A DNA stretch of 64,000 nt, from assembly GCA_963664225.1 (NCBI GenBank), contig OY760937.1, positions 4,704,001 through 4,768,000 on the forward strand, given 5' to 3'. Below, in pieces: positions 51,508 through 60,571 of the stretch. The translations under genes were made by a program, and so were the position numbers. Each line of letters opens with the position of its first letter. Position 1 is the stretch's first letter. The notes under the pieces are model-generated. The model saw only the letters and a list, made by a program, of their open reading frames with translations. It had not been told where the DNA came from and searched no databases. Source of the DNA: Verrucomicrobiia bacterium. GTDB taxonomy: Bacteria; Verrucomicrobiota; Verrucomicrobiia; Limisphaerales; UBA1319.

Positions 51508-52388
51508 AAATGAATGGAACGGAAGAGAGTTTTGAAGTGCGACACGAACAGGGGTTTGCTGTTTATGTGCTGAGAAATCGGAGGGTCGAAGTGGCTGTCG
51601 TTCCGGAACTCGGTGGGAAGATCATCTCCATGAAGGACCTTCAAACCGGTCGTGAATGGATGTGGCATCCGGCGGACGGGAAGAAGCTTTTTCGGAATCA
51701 ATACGGCGATGACTTCTCGAAAAGTCCGCTGGTGGGCGTGGATGAATGTCTGCCAACAATCGCGCCCTGTTCATGGCAGGGGCGCGACCTGCCCGATCAT
51801 GGCGAGGTTTGGAGCACCTCTTGGGACGTGGATGCCGACCTGTGGAAAGGGGGAGTTTTAAAAAATCGCGTTATATTGCGCGTCTCGCCTTTAGAATTTC
51901 AAAGAGTCATTGAGTTGCGGGGAAATGAGATTCTTCTCAGCTATCAATTGGACAACAAAAGCCAGGTAGAGGAGCAATACTTGTGGGCCATTCATCCGTT
52001 GCTGCAATTACGGGCGGGTGATCGGCTCGAATTGCCGGAGTCCACACGAATCCTGATGCATGGAGCGGCGTGGATCGATGCGGTGGATTCAGCCGTTCCC
52101 GAGGGCCGCTGCGCAAAGGCATTCGCGCGACCCTTGAGCGAGGGATTGGCGGCGATTGCGAATCATGAGACGGGGGATTGCATCGAGTTTGCATGGGACC
52201 CGGCTCAAAATAACACGCTTGGTTTGTGGCTCACCCGCGGAGGCTGGCATGGGCATCATCATTTTGCCCTGGAACCCACAAATGGGGACGATGATGCGCT
52301 CACGGTGGCGACTGGCCGGAAAATGTGCGGAATTGTTCCGGCGTCCGGTTCCGCAACCTGGCAGGTTCGTATTCGCATTGGGCCATGA
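51504..52388 (+). CDS. Galactose mutarotase / aldose 1-epimerase-like protein
   Basis: PELGGKI.S, GVDECLPT, PDHGEVW, WAIHP, ALEP; overlaps the upstream stop (ATG alternative at 51510). Confidence 0.78.
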   Translation: MKMNGTEESFEVRHEQGFAVYVLRNRRVEVAVVPELGGKIISMKDLQTGREWMWHPADGKKLFRNQYGDDFSKSPLVGVDECLPTIAPCSWQGRDLPDHGEVWSTSWDVDADLWKGGVLKNRVILRVSPLEFQRVIELRGNEILLSYQLDNKSQVEEQYLWAIHPLLQLRAGDRLELPESTRILMHGAAWIDAVDSAVPEGRCAKAFARPLSEGLAAIANHETGDCIEFAWDPAQNNTLGLWLTRGGWHGHHHFALEPTNGDDDALTVATGRKMCGIVPASGSATWQVRIRIGP

Positions 52389-52487
52389 TTGGATTCGAAA
52401 CGGAATAATGCCACGACGGATGTTCCAATCCATTGACTCAAAAAATCTGATGGATAAGTGGATATTCAGCCTGCTAAATTAACACGC

Positions 52488-55058
52488 ATGATGCTCAAAC
52501 TAGTAACGCAAATTGGACTTGTCGTGTCGATTTGCGCGGTTCCGTCCGTGTTCGCCGAAACCGTCCGGCTCTCATCGCTCGACCTTGGGCAGATGACGAT
52601 CGGCTGGAGTGTGCCGAAGGCCGATCGCGGGGTCATGGGACAGCCCATTGCCATTGGAGGAACGAAGTTCACGCATGGCGTCGGGACCCATGCGGCGAGC
52701 TATTTCCGAGTCAATCTCAATGGTGGTGCTGAACGATTCCGGGCGCAGGTGGGGCTTGATGAAAGTGCGGGCAAGCAGGGGAGTGTGGAGTTCATCGTCA
52801 CGGGCGATGGTCGGGAGCTTTGGAGAAGCGGTGTGCGGACGGGAGGTCAGCCAGCGGCGGCCGTGGATGTGAGTGTGGTCGGCGTGCAGGTCCTGGGATT
52901 GCGCGTCACGGATTGCGGAGACGGCACGGATCACGATCACGCGGACTGGGCGGAGGCTGAGATTATTATGAAAGACGGCGCGGCAAAACCAGTGGCGTTG
53001 CCTTCCTCTCAAACGTTTGGTTTGAAAACAGCTCATTTCAGCGTCGATTTCCAGGTTAATGAGGATGGGCGGTTATACCAGCGCGCCATTGGCATGGTGG
53101 GCATGCAGGTTCAACGCAACGATGAGGCTTATCCACAGGCGGGCGACGGTTACATTTGGGAGCCTGCGCTACAGGTGGTGCATGTGGATGGCAACACTTC
53201 CACCGCGCTTCTCTTTCAGAATTTGACGCGGACAAACGAACCCGCGGGCCATGAAGTAACCCGCATCAATCTGCGCGATCCTGCTTACCCGCTGGAGGTC
53301 GCACTTTGTTTCCGAACGTATCGCGACGTCGATGTCGTTGAGCAATGGACGGAAATTCGTCATCACGAGGCCGGGGAAATTGTGTTGGAGCGCATGGCGT
53401 CGGCGTCATTACTGCTGTCGCCAACGAATCTTAACCTACACCACTTCCATGGCGATTGGGCGTCGGAAATGAAGCCCGTCACCGAGTTGCTCACACCCGG
53501 AACGAAGATTTTGGATTCCAAAATCGGTGTGCGCGCTCATCAGTTTGGCAATCCATCTTTCGTCCTGTCGATGGACGGGCCTCCCATGGAAACCAAAGGT
53601 CGGGTCCTGGCGGGTTCACTCGCATGGTCCGGCAGTTTTCAAATGGCCTTTGACAACTTTGGCGGACGCGTTCGCGCCTTGTGTGGCATGAATCCATTTG
53701 CCTCCGCTTATCATTTGAAAGCGGATGCGACATTTACCACGCCCACCATGATCTGGGTGTGGAGCGATAATGGGTTGGGTGAAATGAGTCGCAAACTGCA
53801 CGCCTGGGCTCGGGACAACGGCATGCGCGATGGTCATAAGATACGCGAGGTGCTGTTGAATAACTGGGAGGCCACGGGCTTCGATTTTGATTTTGATCGC
53901 ATCGCAGGGCTGTTCGGTCCGGCAAAGGAGATCGGCACAGAGTTGTTCCTGCTGGATGACGGCTGGTTTGCGAACAAATATCCGCGGGTCAGCGACAACG
54001 CGGGCCTGGGCGATTGGCAGCCGAACCGTAAACGGCTGCCCGGTGGACTTGCGCCTTTGGCGGAGGAGGCGGTGAAGAAGGGTGTTCGATTTGGAATCTG
54101 GATTGAGCCGGAAATGGTCAATCCAAAGAGTGAATTATTTGAACAGCATCCCGATTGGGTGATCGCGCAGCCCAAGCGTGCACTGGAGTTACAGCGCAAT
54201 CAGCTTGTTCTCGATCTTACGCGTCCGGAGGTGCAGGACTTCGAATGGAAGGTCATTGACGGTATTTTGAGCGTGCCTGGGATCAGCTACGCCAAGTGGG
54301 ATTGCAATCGTTATCTGACGCAGCCTGGCTCTTCCTGGCTGGCGCATGATCGGCAATCGCACCTGTGGATCGAATATGTCCATGCGCTCTATGGCTTGAT
54401 GGAAAAGACGGCCAAGGCCTACCCCAAAACGGAATTGATGCTCTGCTCCGGCGGCGGCGGCCGTGTCGATTATGGATCCTTGCGTTACTTTCATGAATTC
54501 TGGCCGAGTGACAACACGGATCCGTTGGAACGCGTGGCAATGCAATGGGACTATTCCTATTTCTTCCCGCCGATGGCCATCGCCAGCCATGTGACGCACT
54601 GGGGAAATCGTCCCATGCATTTCGCATGTTCCGTGGCCATGAGCGCGCGATTTGGCATGGACCTCGACCTGACCAAACTATCGGCGGAGGACAAGGCCAT
54701 CTGTGCGGGGGCCATATCCGCTTACAAAAAAATCCGCGACGTGACGCTGCTTGGGGATTTGTATCGACTGGAAGATCCGCGCCAGGGAATTCGCGGGGCT
54801 TTGAATTTTGTTGCGCCGGACCGTGCGCGTGTCGTGGCGTTTGTGTTTCAGTTGAAGGATGGCCAGAATGCAGCCGTGCATCCTCAAGGGCTTGATCCCG
54901 CAAAGCGTTATACGATTCGTCAGATGAATCCCGCGCCTGGTCGCGCGGCGATGACGCAGGAAGGTCAGACATTTACGGGCGAAGAAATCATGCGCGACGG
55001 CATCATGCCTGCATGCACAAAAGGACACGAAGCATGCGTTATCGAACTCGGCTCGTAA
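52488..55058 (+). CDS. Exported GH36 alpha-galactosidase with N-terminal NPCBM domain
   Basis: NPCBM (GVGTHA...DHADWA), LNNWEA, LFLLDDGWF, FGIWIEPEM, nucleophile YAKWDCN, CSGGGGR, WPSDNTD. Confidence 0.94.
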   Translation: MMLKLVTQIGLVVSICAVPSVFAETVRLSSLDLGQMTIGWSVPKADRGVMGQPIAIGGTKFTHGVGTHAASYFRVNLNGGAERFRAQVGLDESAGKQGSVEFIVTGDGRELWRSGVRTGGQPAAAVDVSVVGVQVLGLRVTDCGDGTDHDHADWAEAEIIMKDGAAKPVALPSSQTFGLKTAHFSVDFQVNEDGRLYQRAIGMVGMQVQRNDEAYPQAGDGYIWEPALQVVHVDGNTSTALLFQNLTRTNEPAGHEVTRINLRDPAYPLEVALCFRTYRDVDVVEQWTEIRHHEAGEIVLERMASASLLLSPTNLNLHHFHGDWASEMKPVTELLTPGTKILDSKIGVRAHQFGNPSFVLSMDGPPMETKGRVLAGSLAWSGSFQMAFDNFGGRVRALCGMNPFASAYHLKADATFTTPTMIWVWSDNGLGEMSRKLHAWARDNGMRDGHKIREVLLNNWEATGFDFDFDRIAGLFGPAKEIGTELFLLDDGWFANKYPRVSDNAGLGDWQPNRKRLPGGLAPLAEEAVKKGVRFGIWIEPEMVNPKSELFEQHPDWVIAQPKRALELQRNQLVLDLTRPEVQDFEWKVIDGILSVPGISYAKWDCNRYLTQPGSSWLAHDRQSHLWIEYVHALYGLMEKTAKAYPKTELMLCSGGGGRVDYGSLRYFHEFWPSDNTDPLERVAMQWDYSYFFPPMAIASHVTHWGNRPMHFACSVAMSARFGMDLDLTKLSAEDKAICAGAISAYKKIRDVTLLGDLYRLEDPRQGIRGALNFVAPDRARVVAFVFQLKDGQNAAVHPQGLDPAKRYTIRQMNPAPGRAAMTQEGQTFTGEEIMRDGIMPACTKGHEACVIELGS

Positions 55059-55148
55059 TTCCGAACCATCACGCAAGGGAATGACTGACGCTGCATCCAT
55101 AAAGATTGCAGCATGCGTCATGCGGTTTTTAAACCAATAAGGTTCACC

Positions 55149-57086
55149 ATGCTTTTGAAACTGAAGAAACTCCGGACGGTCCTTTTCAGCCTTGCTCTGT
55201 TGATTGCCTATCCGGCCAGCTCCGCAATGGCTGACATCGCTGATGGAAATTCGTGGTTGCTGAAGTCTCCAAAAAGTCAGTGTGAGATTTCCGTTTCGCT
55301 CGAAGAGGGGCGTTTGAGCTTTCAGGTTTTGCGCGCAGGTAAAGTCGTTCTTCAGAAATCACCGCTGGGAATTCGGCGCGATGATCAGAGTTTTGAAAGC
55401 GCGTTAACGTTCGATTTGGCTGGGAAGATATACAGTCGGCGCGAAAAATACGAACTGTTTGCCGGTGTTCAGCCGCGTGTGAATCATGAGTTGAACCATC
55501 GCCGACTGGTTTTTCGCAACGCCAATAAGGTTCCCATTGAAATCGAATTGGCTGCCAGCGACGAAGGGGTTGCCTTCCGCTATCGTTTCCCTGAAACCAA
55601 CGATGCCGTTCATGTTGTCCAATCCGAGTTGACCGGTTTTTCCGTGCCATCAAATGCCAAAGGTTGGCTGCAGCCTTACCACAAGGCGGGGCCGTACACG
55701 CCCGCTTACGAGGATTTCTATTTTCACGTCTCGCCCGGTGATCTACCGCCGGAATCGCGGGCCAAACCGATGGGCTGGGCGTTTCCAGCGCTTTTTCATG
55801 TTGCTGACGCGGACACCTGGGTGCTGCTGACCGAATCGGGCACGGATGGATCTTATTGTGGTTGTCATCTCAGTCCTGATTCAATCGGTGGAACATATCG
55901 CATCGCCTTTCCTCTGGCCGATGAAGCCACGAAAGGCGTTACCAACAAAGTCGGGCCCGAGCCCCGGTTCACATTGCCATGGACGATGCCATGGCGCGTG
56001 ATCGTGCTCGGCAAGTCAGCGGGTGAAATCGCCTTGGAGACATTGGTGACCGATCTAGCCCCGGCATCGAAGATTACTGACACCTCCTGGATCAAGCCCG
56101 GTCGCGCGTCATGGGCCTGGTGGTCGTATCCGGACGAACGGGCCAACGAAAAGCGATTCAATGAATTCACCGATTTTGCCGCCAAAATGGGCTGGGAATA
56201 CACCTTGTTCGACGCAGGGTGGGGGAGGCCTGGAATAAAACCCATCGCCAGTCACGCCCAGGCCGCTGGTGTTACGTCGCTGGCTTGGATGTTTGCCGGG
56301 GATTTCTATGACGCGGGCAAGCGAGGGACGAAACTCGATGAAGTGGCCGCTGCCGGTGTTCGAGGCGTGAAGGTGGATTTCTGGTGTTCGGACCGTCAGG
56401 AGGCGATTGCAGCGCAACTGTCATTGATGGAAGATGCCGCCGAGCGTAAAATGACGGTGAATCTACATGGCTGCACCATTCCTCGCGGCTGGCAACGGAC
56501 GTTCCCGAATTTCATGACCTGCGAAGGAGTTCTGGGATCCGAATCTTATTTTTATGAATCGCGTTATCCCGAAAAAGCGGCCGAATTGGACACTGTTTTA
56601 GTTTTCACGCGGAACGCAATCGGGCCGATGGATTACACCCCAGTGGCCTGTTCGCCCAAGAAATACACGCGCCTGACCACCGCCACCCATCAACTGGCGT
56701 CCGCCCTCATTTTCACATCCGGCATTGTCCACTACGCAGACAAACCGGAATTCTTCGAGTCGCTGCCCGCAGCGGCGTTGCAGGTTTTTCGTGATGCCCC
56801 GGCGCGCTGGGACGAAACCCGCTGCCTTGCAGGCGATCCCGGTCGCGAGGTGATTTTCGCGCGGCGCTCGGGCAAAAGCTGGTTCATCGCGGGCATTAAT
56901 GGAACCACCAATCTTCTGCCGGTAAACGTGGATTTGTCCGGCTTCAAAAAATACCGTCATCGAATCGCCATTTCCGAAGGGGCTGACGCAACCATGCAAG
57001 TCACTGTTGCGCCTTTGAGCACCTCGGCCCAGTGGCAGCATGAGATGCCATCGCGCGGTGGATTCATCCTTCGACTGGACGAGTGA
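55149..57086 (+). CDS. Exported GH97 glycosidase (retaining-type motif)
   Basis: PWRVI, TSWIKPGRASWAWW, DAGW, GVKVDF (Asp nucleophile position), NLHG...P.GW.RT.PN, EGV.G.E, GPMDYTP. Confidence 0.92.
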   Translation: MLLKLKKLRTVLFSLALLIAYPASSAMADIADGNSWLLKSPKSQCEISVSLEEGRLSFQVLRAGKVVLQKSPLGIRRDDQSFESALTFDLAGKIYSRREKYELFAGVQPRVNHELNHRRLVFRNANKVPIEIELAASDEGVAFRYRFPETNDAVHVVQSELTGFSVPSNAKGWLQPYHKAGPYTPAYEDFYFHVSPGDLPPESRAKPMGWAFPALFHVADADTWVLLTESGTDGSYCGCHLSPDSIGGTYRIAFPLADEATKGVTNKVGPEPRFTLPWTMPWRVIVLGKSAGEIALETLVTDLAPASKITDTSWIKPGRASWAWWSYPDERANEKRFNEFTDFAAKMGWEYTLFDAGWGRPGIKPIASHAQAAGVTSLAWMFAGDFYDAGKRGTKLDEVAAAGVRGVKVDFWCSDRQEAIAAQLSLMEDAAERKMTVNLHGCTIPRGWQRTFPNFMTCEGVLGSESYFYESRYPEKAAELDTVLVFTRNAIGPMDYTPVACSPKKYTRLTTATHQLASALIFTSGIVHYADKPEFFESLPAAALQVFRDAPARWDETRCLAGDPGREVIFARRSGKSWFIAGINGTTNLLPVNVDLSGFKKYRHRIAISEGADATMQVTVAPLSTSAQWQHEMPSRGGFILRLDE

Positions 57087-57161
57087 GGCGTAGCCAATGC
57101 CAGGCTTTCGAAGTTAAGCAAATTCGCGATTCTCGCGCGTCCTATTCGTCAATTGCCCTGA

Positions 57162-58118
57162 CTATTGATAGATCCGTGCGGTTTCAATCAGGATGCTTTC
57201 CAACTGGCGGTAGTAATCGTTTTCATTGATGGTTCCCTTGCGTGAGCGCAATACACTGAGTTGTTTTTCCAATGCATCACGACGAGCGCGCTTTTCTTCA
57301 GACAGTTCCTGTTCGTGCGTGCTGCGGACCAGGTGCATTTGATGGGCGCGGATGCCGTCAACGGATTTGCCGTTCGCGGCGGTCTTGACGGCACGCACAC
57401 CGCGAAACCAATCGGCGGGTGTGCCAAGTCCGTCGCCGTTGTCGTCCAGCAAGGCATGCTCGGTGGCCAGGCGGCCCGCCTCCTTGTAGAACTGCTCGAT
57501 CTGTCGCGACGCAAAGAGGAAGGCCTCCAGCAACGAGGTCTGCCCATCCTTGTCCAGGTCCGCGGCCGGATCGGCAATCACCCTGGAAAAATAGCCGCCG
57601 AACCGAGTCGCGTTGACTTCGTTGCCGCTCCGGGTGGCAGTGATGATTGCCCGGCCGGGCGCGGACAGGGCATTGATGAAGGGCCCGCTTGCGGAAGCGC
57701 AGTTGATCACTGCCATCGGCCGGACACATGGTGTTAATGCCGCAGCCAGATCGGTCGCGGAAATATCCGGGCCTCGCAGATTGAACTTCGCCAGACGTCC
57801 GTCAAATGTGCCGTGACCGATGAACACCAGCCACAACTCGCCGGAAGGTTTTACCACCTCATTCGTCAAGACAGTGAGCAAACGGACGAGATCGTTTTCG
57901 GGTTGGTCCTTGTCTTCGCCGATCACGGTGGTTTGCAGCCCGCCTTTCGTCGCGGCCTGCTTCCAGAGTTGAGCCGATGCGTAGAATTGTTCGCCATATT
58001 CCGGTTCCCCAGCGGCGCCAATGACCAGAACAAGCGTGCGTTGCTCGTTCGTTTGGGCAAATAAAGAATGAGCGAGGAACAGTCCTGAAAGTAAAAGGAA
58101 CGCATGCAGGAACCTCAT
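57162..58118 (-). CDS. Exported conserved protein of the DUF4175/VWA-GATase locus (caspase/C13-like fold suspected)
   Basis: Signal peptide from ATG 58118 (ATGA overlap); VIGAAGE, FIGHGT, ADLDKDGQTSLLEAF, RLATEHALLDDNGDG. Confidence 0.7.
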   Translation of the reverse strand: MRFLHAFLLLSGLFLAHSLFAQTNEQRTLVLVIGAAGEPEYGEQFYASAQLWKQAATKGGLQTTVIGEDKDQPENDLVRLLTVLTNEVVKPSGELWLVFIGHGTFDGRLAKFNLRGPDISATDLAAALTPCVRPMAVINCASASGPFINALSAPGRAIITATRSGNEVNATRFGGYFSRVIADPAADLDKDGQTSLLEAFLFASRQIEQFYKEAGRLATEHALLDDNGDGLGTPADWFRGVRAVKTAANGKSVDGIRAHQMHLVRSTHEQELSEEKRARRDALEKQLSVLRSRKGTINENDYYRQLESILIETARIYQ

Positions 58119-60571
58119 GGTAATCCTTTCCAGCGGCGGATGCCCCACTCTGAAACGAAGCAAGCCAGCACAAAGAGAAAGATTGCCGGCTTATGCCACA
58201 GGGGTTCGCTCCACGCGTCTGTCACGGGTGCGCGGCGATCAGGAAGCTTGCGGACGAATTTCTCCAAATTCTCCATCTGCACCATTTCACCGCCAGTGCG
58301 ACGCGCCAGGGATTCCATCAACGTCCGGTTCGGTTTTAGCGAGCGAAACTCAACCGCAGCCGGGTCAGAGGTCCAGCCGGTGGCCGCCCGGCCTGTAATG
58401 ATACCGTTTGCTGATGTAACCACGGCCTCGACTGAATAGGCTCCCGCTTCGCGCGCCACATAGGAGGCTTCATACGTGCCCGGATTTGTGGCGGACGGTT
58501 CGGCAGTGAACTGGATGTAATTTGTGTCGGCCGCGGTGTTCGCTGTTTTGGAGTTTGGCGATGACATTAACATTACGGGGCGGATGGTTAATCGCACCAT
58601 GGAATTATCCAAAGGCTTGAATACCTTGTCACGCGCCTTGACCGTTAACCGAACCTCGGCGGGGTCACCGCCAATGGAAGGTTCAACGGCAATGGAAACA
58701 TGGTCTGGCACATCCGACACCAGCCAGCGGATCAATTGACGCCAGGACTTGCCCAAATCCTTTTGCATCGCCTCGTCCCGCAATCCCCAGCGCCACATAT
58801 CGCCGATCATCAGGGCGGCGGAACGTCCCAATCCGAAGCGTTGGGCCACAAGCGCCGGATACTTTTTATCCGTGGGATCTGCGACCGTGGCGAGAATGCT
58901 GGCTCCCGGCTTGATGTCGTGAGTGGGATTGAACACCTCAAAAGGCGGTACAGATTCGAGCAGCGCTTTCTCGTCTTCCTCGGTGGCGCGCAGTCGTGTC
59001 CACGGTTGGAGCCAGCCTTCGCGCGTGAGCGTGAGTCTCAACTGAGTGGGTAATTTTGCGTCGGTTTTCCGATCCAGATAAACCGGCAGCATGGAGGCAA
59101 TGGGCGTTCCTGCGTAGTTACCCTCGCGAAACGATTCGGCCCCGCCGAGCATCAGGAAACCGCCGCCGCGTTCCGATACAAATCGCTGCAGCAGCGCCTG
59201 CTGATCGTGAGTAAAGAACTCCGCTTCCAGATCGGCCACAATGACCGCCTGATATTGAAATAATTCCTCGGCCGTCTTCGGAAAGCCTCCGCGTAATTCA
59301 ATTTCATCCTTCGTGTTCAGGCGAATCAGCACGGGCTGATCATAACGGGCCGCCTCTTCGCCCTTGTTGTCAAAACCGCGAAACAGTGGGTTGCTCGTTT
59401 CGCCGGGGCGTCCCTTGAATTCGAATTTCGGTTCCCGGCGCGCGACGCGAATCAGGGATACCATCTTCAATTGGGGATCGTCCTGGATTGCGCGATTGAG
59501 GAATTTGTATTCCCAGTTCGGTCTGCCGCTGACATATAAAATCCGGAAGGGTTCCTGCCCGCGATCCACCACGACCATCTGACGGTTGTTGACGAGCGTG
59601 GCCTCGTGTGTGGGCGCGTTTGAGTTGACCAATTCCTCTTTCGCACGCGTCTCCAATTCGTAAAAATGCAGACCGGGGCCAATCGGCTGAAATTGAAAAC
59701 GAAAATTCAACGAGGCCTCCGCATCGGTCGCGCGCCGGGTCAATTCGACCACCGCGTTTGAAACACTCGTGATGCGCAGGCCCGCCGCATCTGGATGGTT
59801 TGTGACAGCGCTGGTTCTGCCGGTGGCCACTTCCGTCAATCGCGTCACGATCTCCCCGCCCGAAAATCCGTTTGCGGCCACTTCCGCTTGAACGGTTACG
59901 GGCGTGTCTTCAAAGGCGGTCTGGCTCACACCCACTTTGCTCAAGGAGAGATCCCTGAAGCTGCTGTCCCTGCCAACCACAACCGGATAAACAGGCGGGC
60001 AACCTTCCAGTGAAGCTAGGTCCGCGGCAAGGTCTGTTGCATTTCCGTCGGTGAACAACAAAACGCCGGCAACCGGCTGGCCATGCCACTGTTCAACAGC
60101 CGTTTTCAGGGCGCTTCCCAGCGATGAGGCGCAGCCATCAAAATTCAGTTCGCCAAAATCCCGCGCGTTTTGCAGTCGCGAATCGAACGTGTAGCGTCGC
60201 ACCTGGAAGGTCTCCTCCAACGCAGCCTGCCAGCCTTTCGGATCTCCGACGAGCAGACCGCGCAGGGTGTCGCCGCGCGATTTTGAATCGCCCACATCCT
60301 TTATTTGCAGGCTCTGGCTGTTGTCGGCGAGCAACGCAAAAATATTGGCCCCCGGACGCGCCCGCTGACCAACCCACATGGGCTCCAGTAGAATCAAGCC
60401 AAGCATTACGATTCCGGCAAGTTTCAAGAGACCGCAGCCGAATCGAACCCGGCGCTCGGTGGAGCTGCGATGCCCGGACCAAACGAGCGCGGCAGCCAGC
60501 ACGACAATCGCGACGCTGGCCGGCAGCAGCCATGCGCTCCCCGGAAAAATGATCGTCGCAAGTCCGGTCAC
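58115..60571 (-). CDS. Membrane-anchored VWA-like + class I glutamine-amidotransferase-like protein
   Basis: Two N-terminal TM helices, DNSQS (MIDAS-like), LFTDG, RPNWEYKFL, GGGFLMLGG, GRSAAL, C-terminal TM + EWGIRR; GTG start overlaps the upstream stop. Confidence 0.85.
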   Translation of the reverse strand: MTGLATIIFPGSAWLLPASVAIVVLAAALVWSGHRSSTERRVRFGCGLLKLAGIVMLGLILLEPMWVGQRARPGANIFALLADNSQSLQIKDVGDSKSRGDTLRGLLVGDPKGWQAALEETFQVRRYTFDSRLQNARDFGELNFDGCASSLGSALKTAVEQWHGQPVAGVLLFTDGNATDLAADLASLEGCPPVYPVVVGRDSSFRDLSLSKVGVSQTAFEDTPVTVQAEVAANGFSGGEIVTRLTEVATGRTSAVTNHPDAAGLRITSVSNAVVELTRRATDAEASLNFRFQFQPIGPGLHFYELETRAKEELVNSNAPTHEATLVNNRQMVVVDRGQEPFRILYVSGRPNWEYKFLNRAIQDDPQLKMVSLIRVARREPKFEFKGRPGETSNPLFRGFDNKGEEAARYDQPVLIRLNTKDEIELRGGFPKTAEELFQYQAVIVADLEAEFFTHDQQALLQRFVSERGGGFLMLGGAESFREGNYAGTPIASMLPVYLDRKTDAKLPTQLRLTLTREGWLQPWTRLRATEEDEKALLESVPPFEVFNPTHDIKPGASILATVADPTDKKYPALVAQRFGLGRSAALMIGDMWRWGLRDEAMQKDLGKSWRQLIRWLVSDVPDHVSIAVEPSIGGDPAEVRLTVKARDKVFKPLDNSMVRLTIRPVMLMSSPNSKTANTAADTNYIQFTAEPSATNPGTYEASYVAREAGAYSVEAVVTSANGIITGRAATGWTSDPAAVEFRSLKPNRTLMESLARRTGGEMVQMENLEKFVRKLPDRRAPVTDAWSEPLWHKPAIFLFVLACFVSEWGIRRWKGLP

